A DNA stretch of 64,000 nucleotides from the NCBI GenBank assembly GCA_025359505.1, contig JANYHH010000077.1, positions 64,784 to 128,783 on the forward strand, read 5' to 3'. Of the stretch, positions 35,038 through 44,285 are shown piece by piece. How positions within the stretch are numbered: position 1 is the stretch's first letter; every line of letters begins with the position of its first letter. This DNA is from Deinococcales bacterium. Lineage in GTDB: Bacteria; Deinococcota; Deinococci; Deinococcales; JAAFIG01. The notes beneath the pieces are model-generated. The model did not search any database. It was given only the letters and a program-made list of their open reading frames with translations, and was not told the DNA's origin. Made by a program: the position numbers and the translations under genes.

Positions 35038-37512
35038 TTACTTACCGGCCACGACGTTGATGCGTATCACCGTGTTCTCCTTGACGGACCCATCATCGTA
35101 AGGCACGGTGCGGTCGTAAGTTTTCTCGAACAGCACTTTGCTCGAGGCGCGGCTGCTGGTGCTCAGCACGAGTCCTACCTGCGGCGCACCGCCACCGGAC
35201 AGCAACTGCCCGCGCTCGGAAGTGTGAATACCAATGAAATCCCCGAACCAGCCGGGCGCGGTGACCCTGCGTCCGCACATCGGGCCGCCAGTCAGTTCGT
35301 AGGTTTCTTGTGGCGGCGCACCACCGCCACCGCTGGGGAAACCGGGGTTGAGCAGCATGTTCAGCGCATCCGACGTATCGTCATCGGCGCTGAGGTTGAC
35401 CTCCATCATGCCCGTGATGACATCGGTGATTTTTACAGTGCAGTCCTTAGACCCCCCGGTGATGCTGCGCTCCAAGTAGCTCAACCTGCCTGAGCCACCC
35501 ATGCTCGTCAAGCGCTCCAAATCCCCACTGCCGGAGAACTTGGCGGTTAACGCAAATTGCGCGCCCAGTTTGAAGTGCAGCTTCCCGCCACTTTTATCAA
35601 CGACATCAATGGTCGAAGTGAATTCCAGCTCGAGCTTTGGCGGAGCGAAGAAAATCACTGTCAAGAGTTCATCGGCGATGCCGGTTTTGTTGCCGCTGCG
35701 AACACCGGCTTCGATGGTGGACCACTTTTTGGGCATCAGGTTGCTGACGTCAACGCCGATGTTGCCGGTTTTAGCGTTTTCCTGCACCCGCAGCGCCTTC
35801 GGGATACGCTCAAACTTCGCATCGAACTTGGCCTTGGCAGTGCCCTGCGCGTCGGTGGTGTTCTGCACCAGTTTGAACTCCTCGTCCAGCGCGTATGGCA
35901 GCAGCGTGTTCGGCATGGTCCACTTCACGGCCTTACCCGCCGCATCGCCGGGATACGGGACTTCGCAACCGATTTTCTCCAATAACTGCGCGGCCGTGCC
36001 AATGTTGCCCGTCAAGCGCGTTCCGAAAACTTTGCTGCGGTAATCGTCCATGAAGCTGACGTGCACCGACAGCGAACTCGAGTACGGTTTGGAGCTGTCG
36101 CCTCGAGTGCGACGGTAGATCGTGGTTGGTGAGCGAGTCAGTTGAATCTGGTAGCCGTACAGAATCACCGAGGCGCAAAACGCGGCGCTGGCGTTTTCTT
36201 TTAAGGCCTGCACGATGGCGTCCTTAAGCGATTTGGGATCCACGCCTTCGGGGATTGGGAACGGAATCCCTAAATACTCCTGAATCGCGTCGTCAATCTG
36301 CGGGGTGATCTCACCCTTCACCTCATCTACAGCCTTGTCCGCGACTTTCTCGAAGAACCAGCGCAGCGGTTTAGGGGCATCGCCTTGTGCGCTGGCGCTC
36401 CAAATTGCGCCGTGCGAGGTTCCAACCCGCTCGAGTGAGGATAAGAGCGGCTCGAGGACGAAACGGCTGAGCGTCATCAGCGGCGCAGGGCTGGGCAGTG
36501 CTGCACTTAGCCGCAGTTGCGGGCTGGGCGGGCCCGCCTCGAAGAGCGCGGTCAGCAACCTAAACTGCATCGGATCGAGGGTTTTCTCGCCCCAGAACGC
36601 ATCGATATTCGCGCCGTCCCGTGAGCGCAACCCGCGCCGCAGGCGCTCGCGCCCGAGCGCCCCAACAAACGAGATGAGCGCCTGCGAGTACGTGAAATGC
36701 GGCTGCGCGAAGAAACCGCCAATCATCGCGGTGAAACTGAGCGCATCGAACGCCCCACCGGCTCGAGGCTTCAAACCGCTCTGCGACTCAGATTTCAGGA
36801 ACGATTCCAGTGATATGAACGAGCCTTTGTCGTAGCCCGCTCGCATCGCGGGGAATTCTAGGGTGAGCGCGAACGGGCGGTGCGCGAAGAGCCGCAGGCC
36901 AATTTGGTCGGTGTCGGCAATGCGGGCGTCGCCGTAAACGGGAATTTGAAAGCCCTCCAGCACGGCATTCAGCAACGGAGCAAAATCCTTTCCAGAAGTC
37001 ACGGCGTCGTAGAACTCCTTCGCGGCCCGCTCCAAATCTGCGCCCTCGAGACCGCTCGGCGCGAACCGGGTTGCTGCGGCTGGCGGCGCTGTGGGAGGGG
37101 CGCTATTGAGGGCGGGCGCGGCGCTAACACTGAGCGTCAACTCAGTGTCAGCGCCTGTGACCGTGCCCTGCAGTCCAAGTGCGGAGAGCGCCTCGAGCGC
37201 CGCGACGTAAATCGTGTTGCTGTTCGTCGTTGGGTCTTTGTGCAGCACGAAACTGACCGTGGCGGTCTTGCTGCCATCGCCGGAGGTGATCGTCACGAGC
37301 GCCTGCGTCTGATCGACCTTGACAGGCCGAGCGCCGCCCCCAATGGCTTGAAAGAACGGCAGCGCCGAAACCCAGAGCCTGCCGCCATCTGTGAAGCCGT
37401 CAACGCTGCCACTGCGGTTGTTTACAATGAGTTTCACGGGTTCGGCATGGGCAGTTGAACCCACGGCCACCCAAGTCAGCAGCGCGGCGAGGCAGACCAG
37501 CAATCGTTTCAT
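35038..37512 (-). CDS. large secreted orphan protein with N-terminal copper-amine-oxidase-N-like (stalk) module
   Basis: GGAGG RBS before ATG 37512 and signal peptide LTWVAVGSTAHA. The N-terminal roughly 100 aa resemble modules in three other operon members. The rest has no recognised domain. Confidence 0.6.
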   Translation of the reverse strand: MKRLLVCLAALLTWVAVGSTAHAEPVKLIVNNRSGSVDGFTDGGRLWVSALPFFQAIGGGARPVKVDQTQALVTITSGDGSKTATVSFVLHKDPTTNSNTIYVAALEALSALGLQGTVTGADTELTLSVSAAPALNSAPPTAPPAAATRFAPSGLEGADLERAAKEFYDAVTSGKDFAPLLNAVLEGFQIPVYGDARIADTDQIGLRLFAHRPFALTLEFPAMRAGYDKGSFISLESFLKSESQSGLKPRAGGAFDALSFTAMIGGFFAQPHFTYSQALISFVGALGRERLRRGLRSRDGANIDAFWGEKTLDPMQFRLLTALFEAGPPSPQLRLSAALPSPAPLMTLSRFVLEPLLSSLERVGTSHGAIWSASAQGDAPKPLRWFFEKVADKAVDEVKGEITPQIDDAIQEYLGIPFPIPEGVDPKSLKDAIVQALKENASAAFCASVILYGYQIQLTRSPTTIYRRTRGDSSKPYSSSLSVHVSFMDDYRSKVFGTRLTGNIGTAAQLLEKIGCEVPYPGDAAGKAVKWTMPNTLLPYALDEEFKLVQNTTDAQGTAKAKFDAKFERIPKALRVQENAKTGNIGVDVSNLMPKKWSTIEAGVRSGNKTGIADELLTVIFFAPPKLELEFTSTIDVVDKSGGKLHFKLGAQFALTAKFSGSGDLERLTSMGGSGRLSYLERSITGGSKDCTVKITDVITGMMEVNLSADDDTSDALNMLLNPGFPSGGGGAPPQETYELTGGPMCGRRVTAPGWFGDFIGIHTSERGQLLSGGGAPQVGLVLSTSSRASSKVLFEKTYDRTVPYDDGSVKENTVIRINVVAGK

Positions 37513-37565
37513 GAAGCCTCCAGTTTCAGTCAGACTGTACCTCTCAGGTCTCACTGATACCGTCA

Positions 37566-38879
37566 TCACGGAACCGTCAGCAGCAAAATCGTGCTCACTC
37601 CGGTCGGGCAGCCGTCGGCATTCACGTCCACCGTGTACGTGCCTGACGAAACGCCTGAGCCGACCGCCAGATTCAGCAGGCTCGAGTTACCAACTGTACT
37701 GTTGGGCGCGAACGAACCCGAGACCGTGCCGCTCGAGGCTGCGCCAACTGGGGCGGGCCCGGCGCTGCCAACGGTCGAGCTACCGGAGATGCTCAAGTTC
37801 AGGGCGGCCGCGCAATTCGCGCCGCGCTCGAACTCGAGGGCGACTGTCTGGCTCGCGCCTTTGGCGATGGAAACCGGGTTTGGAACGCCCTGCGTTGAAA
37901 AAAGAATGTTCAGACCATCCGGATTAAGCGTCGCGGTGCTCAGAAAAATGCCCTCCGCACCGTAGCTGAGGTTCGCGCCAAATCTGGTTCTGACGCGCAC
38001 GTCGTAACTCGTGCTTGGGTTTGCGGGGACGGTTGCCGTCGTCGCTGTCGTGTCAATCGCTGGGCCGTACTGACCAACGCCGTTCCCCAGATCCAGTCCG
38101 GCGGAGCGTATTTGCAGGCTGTAACCCGTGGCCTCGGGGACGGCGTCCCATTTTAGCAGCAGCTTCTTGGCGGTGTCAGACCTGACTTGCGCGATATTGG
38201 CGGTTTCTGGTAGCACGAGAAAGAATTTCTGGTCGCTCGAGACCGCGCCCGAAGTGAAGGTTTCGACGATGGGCGTGGTGGCGCTTAAATCGTGCCCGGC
38301 GAGGCTGATGTTGAGGATGTTCCAGCCCTGAACGAAGGACACGTTGTCGTAGGTGTAGGTGTATTTCGGCGTTCCCGTCGTGGTGGTGCAGGAGCCGCTC
38401 AGGATCGTATTTTTCGTTACAAAAATGCGGTACGTGCCATTGCTACCGGGGTCGAACGCCGAGCTGCTAGATTCGACAGCGTTCGCCTGATACACGTCGC
38501 TTCCCGAGTTGGGTTTCGTCGTGAGCAGCGCGAAGACGGCCTTGCCATCGCTCGGGGTCGCGGTGATGCTCCCGCCGCTGCACGATCCCAGCAGGTTGCC
38601 GCCACCGTTCAGCTCCGCATCGGTCGGCGTGGGCAACACGAGGTTACTGAACGAGCCATCCGCCGCAACGGTTACACCCACGCTTGTCGATGGGGTGCTC
38701 GAGAAAACCTGCGCGTAGAGGGTTGCGGTTTTCCCCGGAATCCAATTCGAGATCGTGCCGAAGACAGGCGAACCGTTCGCCACTGGGGACTGCGGAGGCG
38801 CGACCGTTCCGCTCGAGTTGCAAGCGACCAACAACGAGACGAAGCCGGGAACAACGAGTAAAATCTGCCAACGTTTCAT
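37566..38879 (-). CDS. lipoprotein with Fn3/Ig-like domains
   Basis: Lipobox LLVAC. KLLLKWDAVPEATGYSLQIRS is an Fn3-like segment. The protein is Thr/Ser/Gly-rich and beta-rich. Confidence 0.6.
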   Translation of the reverse strand: MKRWQILLVVPGFVSLLVACNSSGTVAPPQSPVANGSPVFGTISNWIPGKTATLYAQVFSSTPSTSVGVTVAADGSFSNLVLPTPTDAELNGGGNLLGSCSGGSITATPSDGKAVFALLTTKPNSGSDVYQANAVESSSSAFDPGSNGTYRIFVTKNTILSGSCTTTTGTPKYTYTYDNVSFVQGWNILNISLAGHDLSATTPIVETFTSGAVSSDQKFFLVLPETANIAQVRSDTAKKLLLKWDAVPEATGYSLQIRSAGLDLGNGVGQYGPAIDTTATTATVPANPSTSYDVRVRTRFGANLSYGAEGIFLSTATLNPDGLNILFSTQGVPNPVSIAKGASQTVALEFERGANCAAALNLSISGSSTVGSAGPAPVGAASSGTVSGSFAPNSTVGNSSLLNLAVGSGVSSGTYTVDVNADGCPTGVSTILLLTVP

Positions 38880-38951
38880 AAATCACTCCTTGACCGCCCT
38901 TGGGAAGCTCGAGCGGCGGTATTGCGTGTGGTGCGACCCGAGTCAGCGCTG

Positions 38952-39068
38952 GCTCGAGCAGGTGAGGGCAAAAAGATTCGGTCGTCTCGAGCTGGGAAAA
39001 AGCCGATCACTGCCACGCGGCGGTCAACGCAATGTGCTTCAAAATCCGCTCGAGCACAGGTGAGGGCA
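38952..39068. promoter_or_regulatory. two direct repeats GCTCGAGCA(CA)GGTGAGGGCA, 96 nt apart, in an internal operon gap
   Basis: Copies at 38952-38970 and 39048-39068. They lie 73-190 nt upstream of the 38879 start codon on the minus strand. Confidence 0.35.
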
Positions 39069-39177
39069 CATCAGCATTGGCCCGCATGGTGCAGCGTTGC
39101 GACCCTCGAGCCATCGTGGTGTAGAACTTTTGCGAGTATCACGCGGTATGCGAGCCGGGCGATGTTGTCCTCGAGCA

Positions 39178-40122
39178 TCACTTGGCTGGAATCGGCGCGA
39201 TGTTGCCGATGAAATCCACAGACTCAGCATTTGGGACTTTCAGGGTGATCGGTTTCTCGCTGGTTTTAGTGGCGATCAGGCGCACGCTGGACTGCCCGCC
39301 CGCCACGACTGCCGCGATGATCCCTCGACCGTCCGGCGTCCACGCAGCGGTTGGCCTGACGAAATTGCTCGAGTCGGTTTTGAGATCGCTCAGGGCGCGG
39401 TCGCTCGTGCCATCTGGTTTAACGGTGTGCAGCACGCCTTTGTAGAGGTCACTGGCGTTGGTGCGTAAGAAAACAATAGCTTTGCCGTCGGGCGACCACG
39501 CGGGCCACGCATCGCCCGTCAATGTCCCGGCAATTTGCTTGGCATTGCCGCCGCTCGCGTCCATGATCCACAATCCACCAGCGGCGAAATTGGCGTTGTG
39601 AAACACGATCTGACCCGTCACGGGATTGACGTTTGGCGCGTCGTCAAAGCAGTTGGCATCGCGCAAAGTAGTTACGCTCGAGCCTTCTAGGGTCACGCGC
39701 CCGAGGCTGCACTGCTCATCGAAAATCAGCGCTTGGCTATCAATCGTCCAACCGGCGGAGACCATGTAATCGCTGCCGTTCATCACGTTCTGTTCGCTGG
39801 ATGTCTCGAGGTTTCGCACAAACAGGTGGTCGCCCTTGCCAGATGGATATTCGCCGTCGCGCTGGAACGAAAACGCTTTCCCGTTTGGCGCGAGATGCGG
39901 ATTCCAGCCGATCGCCACGACTTGATTTGAACTGCCATCGAGTTTCAGTAGATGCACGAAATGCGAGCCGTCGGCTGGATCAGTGCTGCTGTACACCAGT
40001 TGGCTCGAGGCGATGGAGTCGATTGGCGTGGTCGGCGTGCTGGCGGGATCGCCAGTGACGACGACGATGCAGCCGGAGAGCGCAACCGCCAGCGCGGGAA
40101 TCAGCAGGAGTTTGGTTTTCAT
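39178..40122 (-). CDS. TolB-like beta-propeller lipoprotein (PD40 repeats)
   Basis: Lipobox ALSGC. Repeated W-x-P-D/N-G-K/R motifs: WNPHLAPNGKAFSF, WSPDGKAIVF, WTPDGRGII. Confidence 0.75.
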   Translation of the reverse strand: MKTKLLLIPALAVALSGCIVVVTGDPASTPTTPIDSIASSQLVYSSTDPADGSHFVHLLKLDGSSNQVVAIGWNPHLAPNGKAFSFQRDGEYPSGKGDHLFVRNLETSSEQNVMNGSDYMVSAGWTIDSQALIFDEQCSLGRVTLEGSSVTTLRDANCFDDAPNVNPVTGQIVFHNANFAAGGLWIMDASGGNAKQIAGTLTGDAWPAWSPDGKAIVFLRTNASDLYKGVLHTVKPDGTSDRALSDLKTDSSNFVRPTAAWTPDGRGIIAAVVAGGQSSVRLIATKTSEKPITLKVPNAESVDFIGNIAPIPAK

Positions 40123-40180
40123 GGGTGTGTCCTTTCAAAACTCGAGGGATCTCAGGTGAAATGCAAAAGTGATGCGGGCG

Positions 40181-41041
40181 CTACGGCTGCCCAATCAGTT
40201 CGTAACTGAGCGTCGCACCGAAGTACTGGCTCGAGGCGGACAGGTGTTGACTCGAGGCGGTGGTCAGTCCCAAGCCGTCTGCGGTGGGATCGCTGTGCAG
40301 CAGTAGTTGCAAGCCACCCGCGCCATCAGTACCGTCTGGGCAGACGATGCCGTCAATCGCCAATGCGTAGCGGCTGGGCGAAGTGAAATTGATGATGCCC
40401 GCGAACGGCGTCTGCGCGGTGATGTCTGAACCGATCAGGTATTTGGTTTGCGTACACGCGACATTGAACGGCGCTGGGATGACATCGAGCGTGACCGCGC
40501 CACTGACCGTGCGGTACGAACCTTGACCGCCTTCTTTGAAGACGACTTGCCCGTGACCCTCGAAGCCAGCTTTATTTTGAAACTTGAAGCTGCCCGAATA
40601 CGATTTCATAGCGCGGCTCGAGCGAGGCACAGGCGGAGTGGCGGGCGGCGGGGTCGGCTCGACGTTCTGGGCTGCGGCGGGTGCAGTGCTGGGTAAATCG
40701 GCAATCGTCACCGAATTGCTCGAGGCTCGCAGGATCACGAAACCCAGTCCAGTCACCAGATCGCTCAAACTCGCGTACAGCTTGCCCTTTAAGCCGGTCA
40801 ACGCCAGCCGCACGCTGCGGCTGCGGTGCGCGAACAGAGCTTTCTTGCCACCGGATTCCACGGTGACTTTGCTGGCGCTGCCAGCGGCAAAGCCTTGCAC
40901 CTCGAGCATCAGTTGGTTGTTCACGGACGCACCCAGCACGGACTTTGAAGCGCCAGCGTAGTTCAGGGTGAACGGCGTTTGAGCGCTGGCCATAGTCAGC
41001 AATGTAATAGCGACCATCAACAACCAGATCGTAGGTTTCAT
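40181..41041 (-). CDS. secreted orphan protein with N-terminal stalk-like module
   Basis: Signal peptide LLTMASAQ, shared N-module, Pro-rich linker PTPPPATPPVP, and an unrecognised C-domain. Confidence 0.55.
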   Translation of the reverse strand: MKPTIWLLMVAITLLTMASAQTPFTLNYAGASKSVLGASVNNQLMLEVQGFAAGSASKVTVESGGKKALFAHRSRSVRLALTGLKGKLYASLSDLVTGLGFVILRASSNSVTIADLPSTAPAAAQNVEPTPPPATPPVPRSSRAMKSYSGSFKFQNKAGFEGHGQVVFKEGGQGSYRTVSGAVTLDVIPAPFNVACTQTKYLIGSDITAQTPFAGIINFTSPSRYALAIDGIVCPDGTDGAGGLQLLLHSDPTADGLGLTTASSQHLSASSQYFGATLSYELIGQP

Positions 41042-41126
41042 GCAGCCTCCTCGAGCGCTATGGGCGAGATTTGACTAACTCGAGGGTCTAGCTCGAGCGG
41101 GATTGAACGGTGCGGGATTCGAGTCT

Positions 41127-42110
41127 TTACTTGATTGGCTCGAGTTTCAGGCGCGTGTCTTGGATCAGGGTCGCCTTGCCAATTTTTAGCGGCGCGTTGT
41201 TACCGACGCTGTACTCAACGGTAGCGCTTGGGGTGAGTTCCGGCAAACCGTTCAACAACAGCGCCGGACGCGGCGAGTCTTGGGATACGATCACCACGCC
41301 GAGGTTGCCCTTGACCGAATTGGTGAACGCCGAGTACCAGCCCTGCAACCCAAGTGCGCGTGGACACTGCACGGTTTCGCTCGGGGCGAGTCCGCGACCG
41401 CCCGGCAGGCCGGGGTCAAATGCGATCACGCGCAGCTTGCCGCCCTTTGGGAGCGTCGTCTCCAGCAGCATCAGGTACGCAAAGCCATTGCGTCCGACGA
41501 TGGGGCACTTTGGCGGACTGAGGGTGACGCTCTCGTAACTCAAGTCCAGCCTGCCCTCCGCGAGAATCGTGAACGGCGCACCCACGGGCAGGTCACTGCC
41601 TTGCAGGTACGTCTCCCCCGCTCGAGCCTCGCTCAACACCGCGTGACCCTCGAGCCGGTACGTGTAGTACGTGTAGCCGCTCCCACCGTCTTTGAGAGAC
41701 ATCGTGGAGGTGAAGGTCGCGTTGTACCCGATGCCGGGCGGCGCGGTCGGGTTCGCCGGGGCGCAGTTGCCCGCGTCACCGGTCACGGTCAGGGTCGTGC
41801 CGCTAGCGCTGACCTGAAACCCGAGTGCTCGAGCGCTCAGCACGCCGTCCATGAACGGCGTGGCGTCGCGCACCTCGAAGGCTAAGTCCGTGGTCTTGCC
41901 GCAGAGCTTGACCGATGCCTTGTTCGGGGACAGTCGCACCACACTCGCGCCGAGGGCGGGCAGGAAGGTTCGGGCAGAAACAAAAATCGTGTTGCCTGCC
42001 GCGAATCCGGGCATCGTACTGGCTGTGCCGTTCACGACAACCGCCACCGAACCCGCCGCCAGTCCCAGCCCGAGCGCCAGCGCCAGCGCCGCGCCAAGCA
42101 TTGATTTCAC
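41127..42110 (-). CDS. secreted orphan protein with N-terminal stalk-like module
   Basis: GTG 42110 overlaps the upstream stop (GTGA). Signal-like ALALALGLGLAAG. The N-module is VVVNGTASTMPGF...FLPALGASV. The 497-aa ORF's N-terminal 169 aa were rejected as Arg-rich and overlapping the upstream gene. Confidence 0.55.
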   Translation of the reverse strand: MKSMLGAALALALGLGLAAGSVAVVVNGTASTMPGFAAGNTIFVSARTFLPALGASVVRLSPNKASVKLCGKTTDLAFEVRDATPFMDGVLSARALGFQVSASGTTLTVTGDAGNCAPANPTAPPGIGYNATFTSTMSLKDGGSGYTYYTYRLEGHAVLSEARAGETYLQGSDLPVGAPFTILAEGRLDLSYESVTLSPPKCPIVGRNGFAYLMLLETTLPKGGKLRVIAFDPGLPGGRGLAPSETVQCPRALGLQGWYSAFTNSVKGNLGVVIVSQDSPRPALLLNGLPELTPSATVEYSVGNNAPLKIGKATLIQDTRLKLEPIK

Positions 42111-42541
42111 TTGAACCTCGCGCTCGAGGCGATCTGACGCAGCGACTGCTCCAAGGGAGCGGTGTTTTTCAGGTCGGTGTTGGAGCGCACGATGCAGCCC
42201 CGTGCGCCTTGAAAGATCGCCTCGTAGTATTCCCGCGTGGCGAAGGCCGCCAGTTCCTCGGTGATTGTGATTCGGTAAAGCACGTGGTGCGCGTCTTGCT
42301 CCAAGGTTTGCTTTTTGAAACTGGCGGTGGCCGTCGTGATGTCCGCTGGCGTGTACGCGCCGCTGATCGCACTGGCTCGAGCGTGACCGCCCGGTTGCAC
42401 GGCGAACGTACCGCTCTTTTTCCAGTTTTGCGGAAACGTAAAAGCGCAAACGCCGCGCTTGTCGGTCATGGTTTGCGAGTCGTTTGGAGCCGCGAGTGCG
42501 AGGCTCGAGATCAGTACGAAGGGCAAAAGTTTCAGCTTCAC
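42107..42541 (-). CDS. small secreted orphan protein
   Basis: 144 aa with signal peptide FVLISSLALAAP. No known domain. Confidence 0.5.
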   Translation of the reverse strand: MKLKLLPFVLISSLALAAPNDSQTMTDKRGVCAFTFPQNWKKSGTFAVQPGGHARASAISGAYTPADITTATASFKKQTLEQDAHHVLYRITITEELAAFATREYYEAIFQGARGCIVRSNTDLKNTAPLEQSLRQIASSARFK

Positions 42542-42673
42542 AGGGATCTCCTGACCGAGTTGCCAACGAAGTCCATCCAGTCGGCATGGGCAAGGTTGAG
42601 GGTGATGATCTCGCTCGCACTGCTCGTGAGCGCAGGGCGAAGGCTCGAGAGTAGAGCAGGCAATCCAGCGCGG

Positions 42674-43984
42674 TCAGTTCAGGTTGCTGATGTCCAACTC
42701 GGCTGTTCTCGAGCCTTGCCAGACCAACCTGACCTTCTTGGGTTGCACGCCGCTGGGGACATCAATCAGCGCCCGCACCTGCACTTCTTGATTGTACTGC
42801 AAATCAATCGACTCGAGGTTCGCGTCGCGGCTTGCGCGGTAGATCCAGTCCGATTTGCGGCTCTCAATGCGGTCTTGGTCGATGAAGGAAATTGCACCGT
42901 AACCGCCGTAAATGCCCGTGGGTGCTTTGGCGATGTTCTTGACGGTGAAATACAGCACCAGCCAGCGTCCACCCTCGGGCGGGGCTGAACCGTCGAACCA
43001 TGGCTCGGTGGAGTAGATCACCTTGTCGAGCCTAAAATTGGTGACCGCCGGGTAGTAAACGCCGATCTGCGCTGGAAATACTGTCAGGGCACTCGAGCCG
43101 TCGGTCACAGTCGGGTCAGCGAACGGCGTAGGCAGCGGCGCGATTTTGCCGCGCAAGTCGTAGCGCCAGACCGCGTTGTTGCTGTCGTCCACGATCAACT
43201 TGGGCAAGCTGACATCGCCGTCCACGACGATGCGCGTGAAAACAACGACCTTCTGCGCGGGTTTGAGGCTGAGGCTGACGGGTCGCAGTGTGCCCTGTTC
43301 GTACCAGTAACCGTCACCAGACACGTTGCTGTTCTTACTGTCCACGCCGGTAAACCGAATGCTCGAGCCGTCGACAGAGCGTTCGGTCTTGTTGGGGTTC
43401 TGGATCGTCAGCGAGATCACCAGCGCTTTTTTGTCGGGCGCGACGATGTAATCGTTTTTGCTCGGGCTGTCGTAGAGGTAATTGCCGACGCTCCACTCGA
43501 GCTTGGTGATGGAATAGTTCAGTGCGCCTTCGCCGCGAAACAGCGTGTAGGTCTGACCCAGCACGCCCTCGCCGCCGCTCAGTTGACTCGCGCCCTGAAC
43601 GCTCGGGGCCGTCATTGGCATCGCTGGCGTGGGGTTGGTGATCGTCACCGTCGTTCCAGCGAGGCTCGAGGCCAGCCCGAGACCTTTGACGACCACCGCG
43701 ACACTTGCGTAGGCGATGTCTTTTTGGATCGTCACCGCGACCTTGGCGGTCTTGGCGTTGCGCGTGAAAGTCGCGGCTTTACCGGCGAAGTCGAGGCTGA
43801 CGCTCGCGCCGAGCGCGGCCGCCAAGGGCTTGCTCGAGAGTGCGAGCTTGCCAGTGACGGTGATGCCTGCCACGCTGCTGCTTTTACTACCGAAGACGAC
43901 TTTGTACGTGCCTTGCGCGAGCGCGATGGCCGCCGCGAGCGTGAGGGCGAAAACAAGTGTACCGCCGAGTTTTTTCGCGTTCAT
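42674..43984 (-). CDS. secreted protein: stalk-like N-module plus two DUF4352-like beta-sandwich regions
   Basis: Signal peptide ALTLAAAIALAQG. N-module ITVTGKLALSSKPLAAALGASVSL. Then KKALVISLTIQNPNKTERSV and RWLVLYFTVKNIAKAP, which resemble the DUF4352 core strand. Confidence 0.55.
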   Translation of the reverse strand: MNAKKLGGTLVFALTLAAAIALAQGTYKVVFGSKSSSVAGITVTGKLALSSKPLAAALGASVSLDFAGKAATFTRNAKTAKVAVTIQKDIAYASVAVVVKGLGLASSLAGTTVTITNPTPAMPMTAPSVQGASQLSGGEGVLGQTYTLFRGEGALNYSITKLEWSVGNYLYDSPSKNDYIVAPDKKALVISLTIQNPNKTERSVDGSSIRFTGVDSKNSNVSGDGYWYEQGTLRPVSLSLKPAQKVVVFTRIVVDGDVSLPKLIVDDSNNAVWRYDLRGKIAPLPTPFADPTVTDGSSALTVFPAQIGVYYPAVTNFRLDKVIYSTEPWFDGSAPPEGGRWLVLYFTVKNIAKAPTGIYGGYGAISFIDQDRIESRKSDWIYRASRDANLESIDLQYNQEVQVRALIDVPSGVQPKKVRLVWQGSRTAELDISNLN

Positions 43985-44196
43985 TGCTGCTCCTTTTGAT
44001 TTGCTTTGAGTGACTGACTGAGGCGTTGTTTTTCATGCCCAATTTCAGTCTCGAGGTGTTTGACGAGTTCCGAGATTCGACTGAAGCCGCGTATCTGTTT
44101 GGTGTCGACGTTTGTGACGGTCGCCCGCCACGCGTTGACGCCGCCCTCCTCGAGCCAAGCGCGAATCACGAGGTTTTTGGCTTTGCCAATATTCAT
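43981..44196 (-). CDS. small (71 aa) conserved-looking hypothetical protein at head of operon
   Basis: AGGAGG RBS. LVIRAWLEEGGVNAWRATVTNVDTKQIRGFSRISELVKHLE resembles a widespread small-protein pattern of unknown function. ATGA overlap with the next gene. Confidence 0.45.
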   Translation of the reverse strand: MNIGKAKNLVIRAWLEEGGVNAWRATVTNVDTKQIRGFSRISELVKHLETEIGHEKQRLSQSLKANQKEQQ

Positions 44197-44220
44197 GGGC
44201 TGGGTTGACCTCCTGAGCTG

Positions 44221-44241
44221 TGAACGCTGAGCACGCGTTCA
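44221..44241 (-). other. hairpin between regulator stop and small-ORF RBS
   Basis: TGAACGC-tgagcac-GCGTTCA forms a 7-bp stem immediately upstream (minus strand) of the AGGAGG RBS. Confidence 0.35.
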
Positions 44242-44285
44242 GCGGTGCTTGGAGATCACGCTAAGGGTGCAGCGTTAATTGAGCG

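Noticed and set aside
41127-42620. Full 497-aa version of the minus-strand ORF
   Set aside because: Its first roughly 169 aa are Arg/His-rich and overlap the 42107-42541 gene in another frame. A GTG at 42110 overlapping that gene's stop, followed by a signal peptide, is the better start.
41915-42988. 357-aa plus-strand ORF across the secreted-protein operon; likewise 44595-45395 (+) and 61716-62408 (-)
   Set aside because: Each is antisense to genes with signal peptides or clear motifs. Their composition is Arg/Gly-rich without domain signatures.
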